Below are positions 19,460 to 29,699 of a stretch of 32,000 nt of DNA, piece after piece. This stretch comes from Mycobacterium leprae TN (GTDB lineage: Bacteria > Actinomycetota > Actinomycetes > Mycobacteriales > Mycobacteriaceae). The first letter of the stretch is position 1, and the number at the start of each line of letters is the position of its first letter. The stretch covers positions 2,940,001 to 2,972,000 of the forward strand of contig NC_002677.1 in NCBI RefSeq assembly GCF_000195855.1, given 5' to 3'. The notes under the pieces are model-generated. The model searched no databases. It had not been told where the DNA came from and saw only the letters and a program-made list of their open reading frames with translations. A program made the translations under genes and the position numbers.

Positions 19460-20104
19460 CTACCAGGCGCGGGACATGTCCGCGTGCTGCCTGATCCAGG
19501 CATGCATCGCGATCCCGGCGGCAACACCAGCGTTGATGCTGCGGGTCGAGCCGAACTGGGCGATTGACACGATCATCGCCGCGCCGGTCCGGGCCTCGTC
19601 GGTGATGCCGGGACCTTCCTGACCGAACACCAATAGACACTGCCGCGGCAACGTGGTCTGTTCCAGACGCGCCGCCCCCGGAATGTTGTCTACCGCGACG
19701 ACAGTCAAGCCAGCACCCGCCGCGAAGTCGAGCATTGAAGCAGTACTGTCATGATGACACAACCGCTGATAGCGATCCGTCACCATGGCACCCCGGCGGT
19801 TCCAGCGCCGACGCCCAACAATATGCATGGTGTCAACCGCGAACGCGTTGGCGGTACGCACTACCGAGCCGATGTTGGCGTCGTGACCGAAGTTCTCGAT
19901 CGCCACATGAAAGGGGTGACGGCGCCTATCGATATCGACAATGATCGCTTCTCGAGTCCAATAACGGTAGGCATCGACAACATTGCGAGTATCGCCGTCC
20001 CGCAACAAGACTGGGTCATACCGCGGGTCATCCGGGACGTCACCGGACCAGGGGCCGACACTGCCGGACGATGTCCCCCATTCAGTAGGGCCGAGTTCAC
20101 TCAT
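19460..20104 (-). CDS. SpoU/TrmH-family RNA 2'-O-methyltransferase (Rv0380c-like)
   Basis: The SPOUT motifs are HDANIGSVVRTANAF, LLVFGQEGPGI and STRSINAGVAAGIAMH. I prefer the ATG at 20104 (MSELGP..). The maximal ORF reaches 20242, but its first 46 codons look like read-through from the upstream pseudogene. Confidence 0.85.
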   Translation of the reverse strand: MSELGPTEWGTSSGSVGPWSGDVPDDPRYDPVLLRDGDTRNVVDAYRYWTREAIIVDIDRRRHPFHVAIENFGHDANIGSVVRTANAFAVDTMHIVGRRRWNRRGAMVTDRYQRLCHHDSTASMLDFAAGAGLTVVAVDNIPGAARLEQTTLPRQCLLVFGQEGPGITDEARTGAAMIVSIAQFGSTRSINAGVAAGIAMHAWIRQHADMSRAW

Positions 20105-20244
20105 CGGACGGTCCACATCCTGGAATACGTCCCGGTGAGAGCCAGCGTCGCGTACAACAACGCCTGGTTCATCTCGCCCTGGGCGCAAGATAACGCGCTT
20201 ACGTGCACCCAGATACAATGACACATTGGCAAGATCAAGCACCT

Positions 20245-20985
20245 ACGAGCCATACGCCACGCAAGCCGGATTGAGTCCTAGACCGAGCAGCGCCGTCGAA
20301 GCGAGCAGAGTCATAGGGCCGCCGTGGGCAACCGAATCGTCGCGATACCAGACCGCTGCAACGTCGGCAGCAAGTCCTAGCAGCAGTTAGCCGTCACCGG
20401 TTAATGCCCCCGAGTCGCCGAGATGCACTTCGGTAACCGGCGCGCCGTCAGTTCGCCAGTTCGACAGGCTGGCAGTCTTTACCACCAGGCCGGTGTCGTT
20501 CGGGTTTGTCGGTAACAGCCCCACCAGAAATGCCGCAGGGTAGGCTATCCCAGTATTGGGAATCCGGGCGCGCGGCAAGTAGCTGAACACCCCACAGACC
20601 GCACTTCGATCCTGCAACGGGCCCAGGCAGACCGGGCCGGTGAGTCGGTTGGCAGGCGCCGACAACGGCGAGGCAACGTCCGGCATGCTGGCCATCTCGC
20701 TCACGCAGCTAACCAATCCGGTGGACTCCATCATCAGGTGAGCAAGCGCGCCGTAGAGCACAAACCGAATTATCCTCGATGTTTGGCTTGCGGAGCGCAC
20801 AGACCCAATCGGGCTGCGTCAATGTCGATCAGCACGTAGTCACCATCCCACCGCAGATTCGACACCGCCATATTCCAGCCCAACAATTCGGTGAGAAGCT
20901 GGCCATGAGCACCATACGGACGACCAACATGGCTCGAGCCCCGAACAATACCATGGCGATAATCACAAGGAAAGGCGAGCACCAT
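20245..20985 (-). pseudogene. Conserved hypothetical gene remnant (position suggests Rv0381c-like), at least two frame changes
   Basis: The minus ORFs 20770..20985 and 20387..20800 abut in different frames. A third frame runs from about 20390 into the methyltransferase ORF. The pieces are protein-like (..GPVCLGPLQDRSAVCGVFSYLPRARIPNTGIAYPAAFLVG..). I do not recognise the family, and the assignment rests on synteny only. Confidence 0.4.
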
Positions 20986-20999
20986 GATCGCGGTAGAGG

Positions 21000-21539
21000 C
21001 TAGCCCAGTCCCAAATCGGCAAGGCCCAGCACGCTACGGTAGAGCAGTCCTTCAGCTTTGATGGCCTCGGCCGCGCCGGTACCGCGGTCCACCACGGTGG
21101 CCACGCCAACCACGTCGCCGCCCGCGTCTTGTACCGCGCGCACCGCTGTCAGTGCCGAAGCCCCGGTCGTACTCGTGTCCTCCACCACCAACACACGCTG
21201 ACCAGATACCTCAGATCCCTCGATAAGACGTTGTAAACCATGGGTTTTCGCGTACTTGCGTACCACGAACGCGTCGATCGGACGCCCAGGCGAGTGTATG
21301 ATAGCTATCGCTACAGGGTCGGCACCCAAGGTCAAGCCGCCGACCACCGTGTAGTTCCAGTCTTTTGTAAGTTCGCGCATCAGCCGGCCGATCAGCGCTG
21401 AGGCCCGGTGGTGCAAGGTGGCGCGGCGCAAATCGACATAGTGGTCGGCCTGTTTGCCCGACGACAGCGTGACGCACCCTTGCACTACCGACAGCCGGCG
21501 CACCAGATCAGCCAACTCCTTTCGGTCAAGTTCGGCCAC
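21000..21539 (-). CDS. pyrE: Orotate phosphoribosyltransferase
   Basis: The PRPP-binding loop is VLVVEDTSTTGAS, and the sequence is collinear with my recollection of M. tuberculosis PyrE (179 aa). The GTG at 21539 gives 179 aa beginning V-AELDRKELADLVRRLSV, with a GGGGG run 5-10 nt upstream. The ORF track extends to a TTG at 21665, but those 42 extra codons have no counterpart. Confidence 0.9.
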   Translation of the reverse strand: MAELDRKELADLVRRLSVVQGCVTLSSGKQADHYVDLRRATLHHRASALIGRLMRELTKDWNYTVVGGLTLGADPVAIAIIHSPGRPIDAFVVRKYAKTHGLQRLIEGSEVSGQRVLVVEDTSTTGASALTAVRAVQDAGGDVVGVATVVDRGTGAAEAIKAEGLLYRSVLGLADLGLG

Positions 21540-22274
21540 AGCCGCCCCCACTCGTTTGTTTACGGCACGCAACAGACTCCACGGATCATTCTCCCCACAG
21601 TGACAATCGCCTGGCACTGCAGAACCAGAATGCTGAATAAACTTGCCGCCCATGATGTCGGCCAAGCTTTAAACTAACCACATCACGGATCCCGAGACAC
21701 ATGAACAACGATAGTTTGGCTATATCGGCTATATCGTATCCAGGGTCGGGCATGAAATTATATAATGAGTAAGTAATACCACATGTACACCTGCGTAGAT
21801 GCCTTTCAAACCGCCCGAGCAGATCTTCGCTGAAAGCAATCAGCCAGGGCTTAGACCTGAATAGGTCGATCACCCCGTTCAGTCAACAGGCCGGCAACGC
21901 CGGCGATATTGACGACAGTGTCGATACCAGAGTTGAGCAGGGCCTAATCCGTCGTCCAGAATTCGCCATACGTGTGGAAGCCGGCATAGTTCACCAATAC
22001 CCGGACGCTCGCGAGGAGCCGGTCGTAGACTTCGTTGCGGTCGGCGGAATCGGAAAAGTCCGCTGACCAAATCTCGGTACAGCCGGTCTTGTTCTGCAGT
22101 TCGTCCGCCAAGTGCGTTAACCGGCCGACATCGCGCGGGACTAGAAATCACGTCGTAGCCATCATGCGCGTAAACGGCACTGCACCCGGACGCGGGCCCA
22201 GTGATCAGGGCGGAGCATGAGCGAGAGTGTACTGAGCGGGACCTATACTTCCCGGCCCACGCCCAGCGCGCTAG

Positions 22275-23135
22275 TCAGTATTGGTAGTTCGTGGTCTGAT
22301 GGCCGTTGCGTTCCACTGACGGTGGGCGCCGGATGCCGTCCCAGCGACCCTCGTCGCGGGAAATAGGTTCAGCGGAGCGACCAGCCTGAACACCCGAGCC
22401 TAGCAACCCGGCAACATCCGACTCAACGCCCCTGTCCGGCGGCAACTCCGCTCGGCCGACCGACGCCAACGGACGGCTCGGCGCCGCGTTGCGGGCCGAC
22501 GCTCCTGCTTCCTGAGAGGTATCGGCGGGCAGCGGCGGCAATACCCGCAGCAGGTCGTTGAATTGTCGCACGGTGCGCAAGCCCTCGTCCCACTGGACAC
22601 GAGTGCTGCCGATCGGCATGCTGACCAGCGTCCAGTTCTGCTCGTTCCACATCACCTCGGCGCAGTCAGGTGCCGTGTGCGCAAAGGTGACCATGCGCCG
22701 ATCACAGGCCCGCCTAGCCGCGTCCAGATTGGTGGAATACACCATCCTCGGCCCAATCGCACCCAGCAACCAGATGTCGCTCTCGCGTGGCTCTTTGAGA
22801 CCCTTGAGCCGCAAGTCGACCACGATGTTGGTGCCCACCTTGCGGTGCAGCGCGATCACCGTCGCAACTTCTTCGAGGTCAAAGATATATACCGCCTCAC
22901 CGCGGATCTGACCCAACACGACGTTGTGCGCGGAGATATCGCCCACCGTCGACATCACGCCGCGCTTCCACCGCTGGAGGATCTCGGTGGATTCGCGTTC
23001 GTAGTCGAATCCGTGCGATCGCGCCCACGACTTACGGCGTCTGCTGCGGCCGCGGCGTCGATCAATGTCGACATAAAGCAACACAACCGCACCGACGAAG
23101 CACAGAGCGGAAAGTGTGAACCAAAGTGGAACCAT
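22275..23135 (-). CDS. Conserved membrane-anchored protein (Rv0383c-like) with a Pro/Arg/Ser-rich C-terminal tail
   Basis: This 286-aa ORF has an N-terminal TM helix (VPLWFTLSALCFVGAVVLLYV) followed by a basic stretch (RRRGRSRRRK), then a globular region and a low-complexity tail. It sits between pyrE and clpB, as in M. tuberculosis. Confidence 0.8.
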   Translation of the reverse strand: MVPLWFTLSALCFVGAVVLLYVDIDRRRGRSRRRKSWARSHGFDYERESTEILQRWKRGVMSTVGDISAHNVVLGQIRGEAVYIFDLEEVATVIALHRKVGTNIVVDLRLKGLKEPRESDIWLLGAIGPRMVYSTNLDAARRACDRRMVTFAHTAPDCAEVMWNEQNWTLVSMPIGSTRVQWDEGLRTVRQFNDLLRVLPPLPADTSQEAGASARNAAPSRPLASVGRAELPPDRGVESDVAGLLGSGVQAGRSAEPISRDEGRWDGIRRPPSVERNGHQTTNYQY

Positions 23136-23219
23136 CCCAGACAGAGTATCTGCTGTCAGCCCGAAACCGAGAATGCGATCAGATCACAACCCCGTCACAG
23201 GCCGACTCCCTAGAGCCGA

Positions 23220-25766
23220 TCAGCCCAGGATCAACGCCTCCCCGTCGGGTCTGACGTTGACCGGAAGGGTGTCCCCGTCATGCACCTCGCCGGCCAGCAG
23301 CATTTTAGCCAATTGATCGCCGATCGCTTGCTGTACCAGTCGACGCAATGGCCGGGCGCCGTATACAGGATCGAAGCCGTGCTGTGCCAACCAGCGCTTA
23401 GCCGGCAACGAAACCTCCAGTTGAAGCCGCCGCTGCGCGAGCCGCTTGCCAAGCTGCTCAAGCTGAATGTCGACAATCCGCACCAACTCTTCGGGGTTGA
23501 GCCCGTCGAAGATCAGTACGTCGTCGAGGCGGTTGATGAACTCCGGCTTGAACACCGAGCGCACCGCTGCCATTACCTGCTCCTCGCTGCCGCCCGACCC
23601 CAGGTTGGAGGTCAAGATGGGGATCGTGTTGCGAAAGTCGACCGTGCGGCCCTGCCCGTCAGTCAAACGGCCTTCGTCGAGCACCTGCAGTAGCACATCG
23701 AAGACATCCGAGTGGGCCTTTTCGACCTCGTCGAAAAGCACCACCGTGTAAGGCCGTCGGCGCACCGCCTCGGTCAGCTGACCACCCTGATCGTGGCCAA
23801 TGTAGCCGGGCGGTGCACCCACCAGACGGGCCACCGAATGCTTCTCACCGTACTCGCTCATGTCCACACGGACCATCGCGCGCTGGTCGTCAAACAGGAA
23901 ATCAGCCAGTGCTTTGGCCAGCTCGGTCTTGCCGACACCGGTCGGGCCAAGAAACAAAAACGAGCCGGTCGGCCGGTTAGGGTCGGCAACCCCGGCCCGC
24001 GAGCGTCGCACCGCGTCAGAGACCGCGTGCACTGCCTTCTTCTGCCCGACCACACGCTTGCCCAGTTCGTCCTCCATACGCAGCAGCTTGGCGGTCTCGC
24101 CCTCCAACAACCGGCCAGCCGGTATGCCGGTCCACGCTGACACCACGTTGGCGATATCGTCAGGACCGACCTCTTCCTTGAGCATCACGTCCTCGCGGGC
24201 CTGGGCCGTCGGCACCGCCGCTTCCAGCTTCTTTTCAACCTCGGGGATGCGCCCATACCGCAGCTCAGCGGCCTTGGCCAGGTCACCGTCACGCTCAGCA
24301 CGCTCGGATTCCCCGCGCAACGTCTCCAACTGTTCCTTAAGTTCTCGGACGACATCTATCGCGTTCTTTTCATTCTGCCACCTCGCGGTTAGCTCGGCGA
24401 GCCGCTCCTTCTGGTCAGCCAGTTCCGCACGCAACGTCTCCAAACGCTCCTTGGATGCTTCGTCTTCTTCGTTCACAAGAGCCATCTCTTCGATCTCGAA
24501 GCGACGCACCAGCCGCTCAACCTCGTCGATCTCGACAGGCCGCGAGTCGATCTCCATGCGTAACCGGCTAGCCGCTTCGTCGACCAGGTCGATGGCCTTG
24601 TCCGGCAGGAACCGGGCGGTGATATAACGGTCGGAGAGGGCTGCCGCAGCTACCAGAGCAGAGTCGGTGATGCGCACACCGTGGTGCACCTCGTAACGGT
24701 CCTTCAGCCCACGCAGGATGCCAACAGTGTCCTCCACCGACGGCTCGCCGACGAAGATCTGCTGGAAGCGCCGCTCCAGCGCTGCATCCTTCTCGATGTA
24801 CCTGCGGTACTCGTCAAGCGTGGTGGCGCCGACCAGGCGCAATTCGCCACGGGCCAGCATCGGCTTGATCATGTTGCCAGCATCCATCGCCGACTCACCA
24901 GTCGCACCGGCTCCGACGATAGTGTGCAACTCATCGATAAACGTGATGATCTGTCCAGCAGAGAATTTGATGTCGTCGAGCACGACCTTGAGTCGTTGTT
25001 CGAACTCGCCGCGATACTTGGCGCCAGCCACCATTGACCCGAGATCCAGCGCTACCAAGGTCTTGTCACGCAGGCTCTCCGGCACATCGCCGGCAACGAT
25101 GCGCTGAGCCAAGCCCTCCACGATCGCGGTCTTGCCGACACCAGGCTCGCCGATAAGCACCGGGTTGTTCTTGGTGCGACGGGACAGCACCTGCACAACA
25201 CGACGGATCTCGTTGTCGCGCCCGATAACTGGGTCAAGTTTGCCTTCGCCGGACTGGGCGGTCAGATCTGTGGAGTACTTCTCCAACGCTTGATAGGTGA
25301 ACTCGGGATCGGAGCTAGTGACTCGGGCACTGCCACGTATCTTGACGAACGCCTCCCGTAACACCTGCGGCGAGGCACCGTGCCCGGTAAGCAGCTTCGC
25401 GACATCGGAGTCGCCCATGGCTAACCCTAGCATCAGGTGCTCGGTCGACACGTACTCGTCGTCCATCTCGGTAGCGAGCTGCTGAGCGGTGGTGATGGCA
25501 GCCAACGACTCTCGCGACAACTGCGGCTGCGAGCTGCAGCCGCTGGCCTGGGGTAATCGCTCCAGGAGCCGCTGTGCCTCATTGCGAACGATGTCGGGCT
25601 CCACACCGACAGTCTCCAACAACGGTGCGGCGATTCCGTCGTTTTGCATGAGCATCGCCAATAGCAAATGCACAGGTCTGATCTCGGGATTACCTGCGGA
25701 CGACGCTGCCTGCAGCGCTGAAGTTAGAGCCACCTGCATTTTGGTGGTCGGGTTGAAAGAGTCCAC
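23220..25766 (-). CDS. clpB: ClpB disaggregase (Hsp100 AAA+ chaperone)
   Basis: It has two Walker A motifs ([16 protein letters not shown]), a coiled-coil middle domain and a Clp N-domain. I prefer the GTG at 25766, which gives 848 aa starting V-DSFNPTTK with GGAGA 8 nt upstream. The ATG at 25778 lies inside that SD. Confidence 0.97.
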   Translation of the reverse strand: MDSFNPTTKMQVALTSALQAASSAGNPEIRPVHLLLAMLMQNDGIAAPLLETVGVEPDIVRNEAQRLLERLPQASGCSSQPQLSRESLAAITTAQQLATEMDDEYVSTEHLMLGLAMGDSDVAKLLTGHGASPQVLREAFVKIRGSARVTSSDPEFTYQALEKYSTDLTAQSGEGKLDPVIGRDNEIRRVVQVLSRRTKNNPVLIGEPGVGKTAIVEGLAQRIVAGDVPESLRDKTLVALDLGSMVAGAKYRGEFEQRLKVVLDDIKFSAGQIITFIDELHTIVGAGATGESAMDAGNMIKPMLARGELRLVGATTLDEYRRYIEKDAALERRFQQIFVGEPSVEDTVGILRGLKDRYEVHHGVRITDSALVAAAALSDRYITARFLPDKAIDLVDEAASRLRMEIDSRPVEIDEVERLVRRFEIEEMALVNEEDEASKERLETLRAELADQKERLAELTARWQNEKNAIDVVRELKEQLETLRGESERAERDGDLAKAAELRYGRIPEVEKKLEAAVPTAQAREDVMLKEEVGPDDIANVVSAWTGIPAGRLLEGETAKLLRMEDELGKRVVGQKKAVHAVSDAVRRSRAGVADPNRPTGSFLFLGPTGVGKTELAKALADFLFDDQRAMVRVDMSEYGEKHSVARLVGAPPGYIGHDQGGQLTEAVRRRPYTVVLFDEVEKAHSDVFDVLLQVLDEGRLTDGQGRTVDFRNTIPILTSNLGSGGSEEQVMAAVRSVFKPEFINRLDDVLIFDGLNPEELVRIVDIQLEQLGKRLAQRRLQLEVSLPAKRWLAQHGFDPVYGARPLRRLVQQAIGDQLAKMLLAGEVHDGDTLPVNVRPDGEALILG

Positions 25767-25819
25767 GACGATCTCCATTCAGGGTACGTCTAAAAAATGC
25801 TTGTAGGGTTGTTTAACGC

Positions 25820-25847
25820 CGTCAACATTAAGTCTGTTCCACTCAAT
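25820..25847 (-). promoter_or_regulatory. HAIR-like HspR operator adjoining a TTGACG -35-like hexamer upstream of clpB
   Basis: On the clpB strand the sequence is ATTGAGT-ggaacag-ACTTAAT (25847..25827), compared with the HAIR consensus CTTGAGT-N7-ACTCAAG (11 of 14 matches, 7-nt spacer). It is followed immediately by gTTGACG (25825..25820). This is about 55-80 nt upstream of the clpB start. I see no convincing -10. Confidence 0.45.
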
Positions 25848-26222
25848 TTTATCTTTGGTGGTGACCCAGGTCTAGCGGGCGGTCTTAGGCCCCGTTTGCG
25901 ACCTCCCCAGCCGGTTGATTGCTAGAGCAAACCCACAGGTCGGGAAGGTCAGGCCTAGGTGACGGTCACCCCGGCCCGCGCGACAGAGACAGCAGCCACA
26001 TTCACTGTGCTGAATTCCAAGGTGCTATCTCAGGATGCAGCAACCCAGCCGCACCGGATTCGCCGGAGCGGACGACGTGTCGGATGAACACATTGAGTTG
26101 CGACACGGCAACGAATGCATACCTATCGGTACATCACTGATCGCAGAAACCTCACGGGCCACTATCGTCACATAACTAATCACGGACGTCGACGTGACGT
26201 CCTGCCCCCGGGAAGGTATGGC

Positions 26223-27698
26223 ATGTCGGCGTTTCGTCTAATCATTACGGTAGTCGCCGCGTCAGCAGTCGCTGCCGGACTCATAGTCGCAGTGGGCTTC
26301 GCGCCACCAGCTAGCACTATGCCTTGTAGCATGCCCGAAGCCAACGTCTTGCCGCCTGCGGTACCCCCAACGATGCCCGCACCAGCGCCGATCGTCCAAC
26401 TACCAACTGGGCGCCGGCCTTCCAACGCGAATGACCATGCTCCGATGCCCAAGCTGGGGCCGCTGATCGCTTCTTTGTTCAAACCTCCTGCGCCTAATAA
26501 TCACTATTCCACGCCACTACAACTTCAAGCGGAGCTAGTACCGCCCGGACCCAACCCCGCTGTCCCCGGACAGCCCCCGAACACGGTACGGCGTGTTCCG
26601 AATGCACTCCCAGTCCCGCCGACGGCACCCCGGCTGGAGCCGGGTCCACCGCCCACTGCCTCCATTGCGGGCGCACCGACCTCGCTCGTCGAGTGGGTGA
26701 CCGGACCCAACAGCCCAAACAAAACACTCCAACGTTTCGGCATCTCTGGAACCGACCTCGGGATCCCTTGGGACAACGGCGATCCCACCAACCATCAGGT
26801 CCTTATGGCCTTCGGTGACAGTTTTGGCTACTGTAGCGTAAAAGGCCAGCAACGACGATACAACATCTTGTTCCGCAGTTCAAACCAAGATCTGTCGCAC
26901 GGAATCCGGATTGCGGACGGCGTGCCTAACGACAAGTACTCCGGTTCACCGGTGTGGACAACTGGCCTCGCTAAGCAGGTCGTCAACACCATCCATCGAG
27001 CACCGCACGAGACGGGAATCATTCCGACAACCGCCATCTCCATCGGAAAAACTCAATACATGAACTACATGTCCATAAAGAAATGGGGCCGTGACGGCGA
27101 ATGGACGACAAACTACTCGGCAATCGCTAGGTCAATCGACAACGGCCAAAGTTGGGGGACCTACCCCGGCACTATCCGCACCGCCTCGCCGGACGCCATA
27201 CCTGGGACTCATTTTGTTCCAGGTAACCAGAATTTCCAAATGGGGGCGTTCATGCGGGGTAACGATGGCTACCTCTACTCGTTCGGGACCCCGTCCGGGC
27301 GCAGTGGTGCGGCGTATCTAGCTCGAGTGCCCCAAAACTTGGTGCCAGACCTCAGTAAATACCAATACTGGAACGGAAACTGGGTTCCCAACAATCCAGG
27401 GGCCGCTACGCCATTGTTCTCGGGTCCTGTGGGTGAAATGTCAGCACAGTACAACGACTATCTTAAGCAATATATCATTCTCTACAGCAACGGTGACAGC
27501 AACGACGTTGTGGCGCGAACAGCACCTGCTCCACAAGGACCGTGGAGTCCAGAGCAGCCTCTGGTGTCATCGTTTCAGATGCCTGGTGGTATCTACGCGC
27601 CGATGATCCATCCCTGGTCGTCAGGTCGAGACTTGTACTTCAATCTGTCACTGTGGTCGGCGTACGACGTCGTGTTGATGCACACCGTGTTGCCCTAA
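26223..27698 (+). CDS. Secreted or membrane-anchored DUF4185-domain protein (GH183-like putative endo-D-arabinanase) with a Pro-rich linker
   Basis: The ATG at 26223 is preceded by GGAAGG with 6-nt spacing. The N-terminus MSAFRLIITVVAASAVAAGLIVAVGFAPPAS looks like a signal peptide or anchor. A Pro-rich linker of about 150 aa follows. The DUF4185 hallmarks are then present: FGISGTDLGIPWDNG..VLMAFGDSFG, IIPTTAISIG, NFQMGAF, YSFGTPSGRSGAAYLARV, GEMSAQYN, GIYAPMIHPWS. The ORF is uninterrupted. Confidence 0.85.
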   Translation: MSAFRLIITVVAASAVAAGLIVAVGFAPPASTMPCSMPEANVLPPAVPPTMPAPAPIVQLPTGRRPSNANDHAPMPKLGPLIASLFKPPAPNNHYSTPLQLQAELVPPGPNPAVPGQPPNTVRRVPNALPVPPTAPRLEPGPPPTASIAGAPTSLVEWVTGPNSPNKTLQRFGISGTDLGIPWDNGDPTNHQVLMAFGDSFGYCSVKGQQRRYNILFRSSNQDLSHGIRIADGVPNDKYSGSPVWTTGLAKQVVNTIHRAPHETGIIPTTAISIGKTQYMNYMSIKKWGRDGEWTTNYSAIARSIDNGQSWGTYPGTIRTASPDAIPGTHFVPGNQNFQMGAFMRGNDGYLYSFGTPSGRSGAAYLARVPQNLVPDLSKYQYWNGNWVPNNPGAATPLFSGPVGEMSAQYNDYLKQYIILYSNGDSNDVVARTAPAPQGPWSPEQPLVSSFQMPGGIYAPMIHPWSSGRDLYFNLSLWSAYDVVLMHTVLP

Positions 27699-27989
27699 TC
27701 TTTGCGTAAATTCGCTGTCGATCACCCTGGTGGTAAGCGTCTGATACGCACAGCAACCGCAGCCGAGGCCGTGTCGCCTGTCTTGCCAGTTGGCTTACTA
27801 AGGCACTATATCGTTCGGCACGATCACCAGTTATCGCTTCGACCCTCCGCTGGAGCGGCTTACGAACGGGCTAGAGACACACAATGCCGTATCGATAGCT
27901 GCTATCCTCGTGCTGATCGGACTAATGTTGTTGTACAAAGGGATTAACTCACTATATCTGACCGGCCTATGGCCGACGTAGAACCGAGG

Positions 27990-29160
27990 TCCGTGAACTT
28001 AGACACTGGGATGAATTACGCAGGTTGCGCGACATATTCACAGAGAAGGACCTGGACCCGGCAAACGAAGCCAACCAACTCGTCCGACAGTTCTATACTC
28101 ACTGGCTTGTCTCGACACCTCGATACGTGAGTTGTTCCCACCTGAAATAGACCTCCAGCGAGCAGCTTTCGCCGACGTGCCACAATGAGGGTACAGCAAG
28201 CTGGTAGCCCTACGAGCAAAAGAGCCGGTGGCCTTAGCTTACCCAACTTGGCCGCGATCACCGCATATAGTATGCAGCCAAGCCATTAACGAGACATTGT
28301 GTCGCAACTCTACACACCAGAATTACATATTACGCACTCATCTGGGCGAAAAACGGACCGATGCCGTCTGCGACATGGTTAGTCAGCCACGCCAATCTGA
28401 TCACCAGAATAACGAGCGGCGCCGGTGACGCCAACGAAGAACCCGCCTGGTGAGACACAACCGGTCACTGAACACATTGGGGTATAATGGGATCTCACAG
28501 ACGTTCAACTTCGACTAGACCACCAATGCACTATTACCCCGGCCAGAACGTCAACGTCCACATTCCGCCATGCCCGCGACGGTGACGATACCATCAGACC
28601 AGCCGTTCCTGCTGTGACAGACAACGCGATCGAGTCCTATGTCCGTGTGGTCCCCCAGCAAGTTTGGTCAGCACCGCCCTAGTCGGCGAAAACATTTCCG
28701 GCCGACCAAGTGGTGGTTTACCAGTCCGAACGGCGTAATGCGGGGCAATCCCGACAGCGGAGACGTGCTGATGGTTTCCGGCAGCACCGGTCCTGGCACC
28801 TACCGGATGTGTCCCGCGGCGAGTGGATCATCGGGACACCGCCGCTGCGACATCTAACTCTCGACTAGTCTGCGCCGATGACTTTGTGGTTGAGCCGACT
28901 GCCACGTCTACCGACGCGCCACATAGCCGGCCACTACCGATGTGCACGTCCGGGCGAGCTGCCTTATAGTGCAGTTCTCGATGCACGTGTTTATGGTGGA
29001 TCTATCCTAGTTGGCCCGCAACGCCGTAGGCACCTAAGAGCCCGCTAGTTTCCCGGGCACCTTATACTATCTTCACCAAATAGCAACCCACTGCTGCCCC
29101 CCATCGCGACATTAAAGTCCAAACTCGATGTTGACCACATCCGTGGCCACCACCACGAAT
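27990..29160 (+). pseudogene. Flavohemoprotein-type oxidoreductase remnant (globin plus FAD/NAD-binding reductase, Rv0385-like)
   Basis: The plus-strand frame at about 28017 reads ..DPANEANQLVRQFYTHWLVSTPRYVSCSHLK*, compared with the globin N-terminal pattern ..A.EV...FY..LF..DP.LR.LFP. At about 28530, ..YYPGQNVNVHIPP resembles the FAD-binding Y.PGQY..V..P. ORF 28639..28857 reads ..GDVLMVSGSTGPG, compared with GD.L.L.GP.G. There are many stops and frame changes between the pieces. Confidence 0.45.
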
Positions 29161-29297
29161 TCAGATGCAGCAATCAAGAATACCATTGGCCACTTACTAT
29201 TGTAACACGACACCATCGAGGATGGCAATTGGTTGGATGTTGTGCAAATCAAGCGGCATGAACCCGGTTTTGGACCAATCTAGAGAGATTTGGTCGC

Positions 29298-29696
29298 CTA
29301 GCGCGGCTTTCGCGGCTGCCAGAGGACCAGCGCCGTGCTCTTGGGCACCACCGCAAGATCGCGACGCTGGTTGGCGCGCAACATCACCAACTCATCAGTC
29401 AATTCCTGCAGCTTCAACTGCAACGCTTCAACCTGATTGGTCAGCTCGATGATGCGCTTAATGCCAGCGAGGTTAACCCCTTCATTTTGCGAGAGTCGCT
29501 GTACCTGGCGCAGCAGCTCGACGTCATGCTGCGAATAACGGCGCCCACCACCAGAAGCCCGACTCGGGCTGACCAGCCCGAGTCGATCATAGGTACGCAA
29601 GGTCTGCGCGTGCATACCGGCTAGCTCAGCAGCCGCCGAGATCAAAAACGTCCGGGATTCTTGTTGCCTGGGGTCTCTAGAGTTTCTAGTCATCAC
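29298..29696 (-). CDS. hspR: Heat-shock transcriptional repressor HspR (MerR family)
   Basis: The MerR HTH is FLISAAAELAGMHAQTLRTYDRLGLVSP..GGGRRYS, followed by a C-terminal coiled region. It is the last gene of the dnaK operon and begins 3 nt after the dnaJ stop. Confidence 0.95.
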   Translation of the reverse strand: MMTRNSRDPRQQESRTFLISAAAELAGMHAQTLRTYDRLGLVSPSRASGGGRRYSQHDVELLRQVQRLSQNEGVNLAGIKRIIELTNQVEALQLKLQELTDELVMLRANQRRDLAVVPKSTALVLWQPRKPR

Positions 29697-29699
29697 CGA

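Noticed and set aside
20105-20242. 46-codon upstream extension of the SpoU methyltransferase ORF
   Set aside because: It is probably the out-of-frame tail of the upstream pseudogene reading through. The ATG at 20104 precedes all conserved sequence.
21540-21665. 42-codon upstream extension of pyrE from a TTG
   Set aside because: It has no counterpart in PyrE as I recall it. The GTG at 21539 gives the expected 179 aa and has a G-rich SD.
22563-23213. 216-aa plus-strand ORF antisense to the Rv0383c-like gene
   Set aside because: This is the same antisense artefact. It is rich in Arg, His and Pro, has no start context, and overlaps a better-supported gene along its entire length.
23860-24627. 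255-aa plus-strand ORF, with neighbours at 23280..23693, 23712..24140 and 24718..25107, lying inside clpB on the opposite strand
   Set aside because: These are antisense shadow ORFs of a GC-rich, strongly conserved gene. The translations are Ser/Arg/Ala/Pro-rich and low in complexity, with no motifs. clpB fully explains the region.
26115-26222. 36-codon N-terminal extension of the DUF4185 ORF (MHTYRYITDRRNL..)
   Set aside because: The extension is basic and unlike a signal peptide. The internal ATG at 26223 has a GGAAGG SD and starts a proper signal or anchor sequence.
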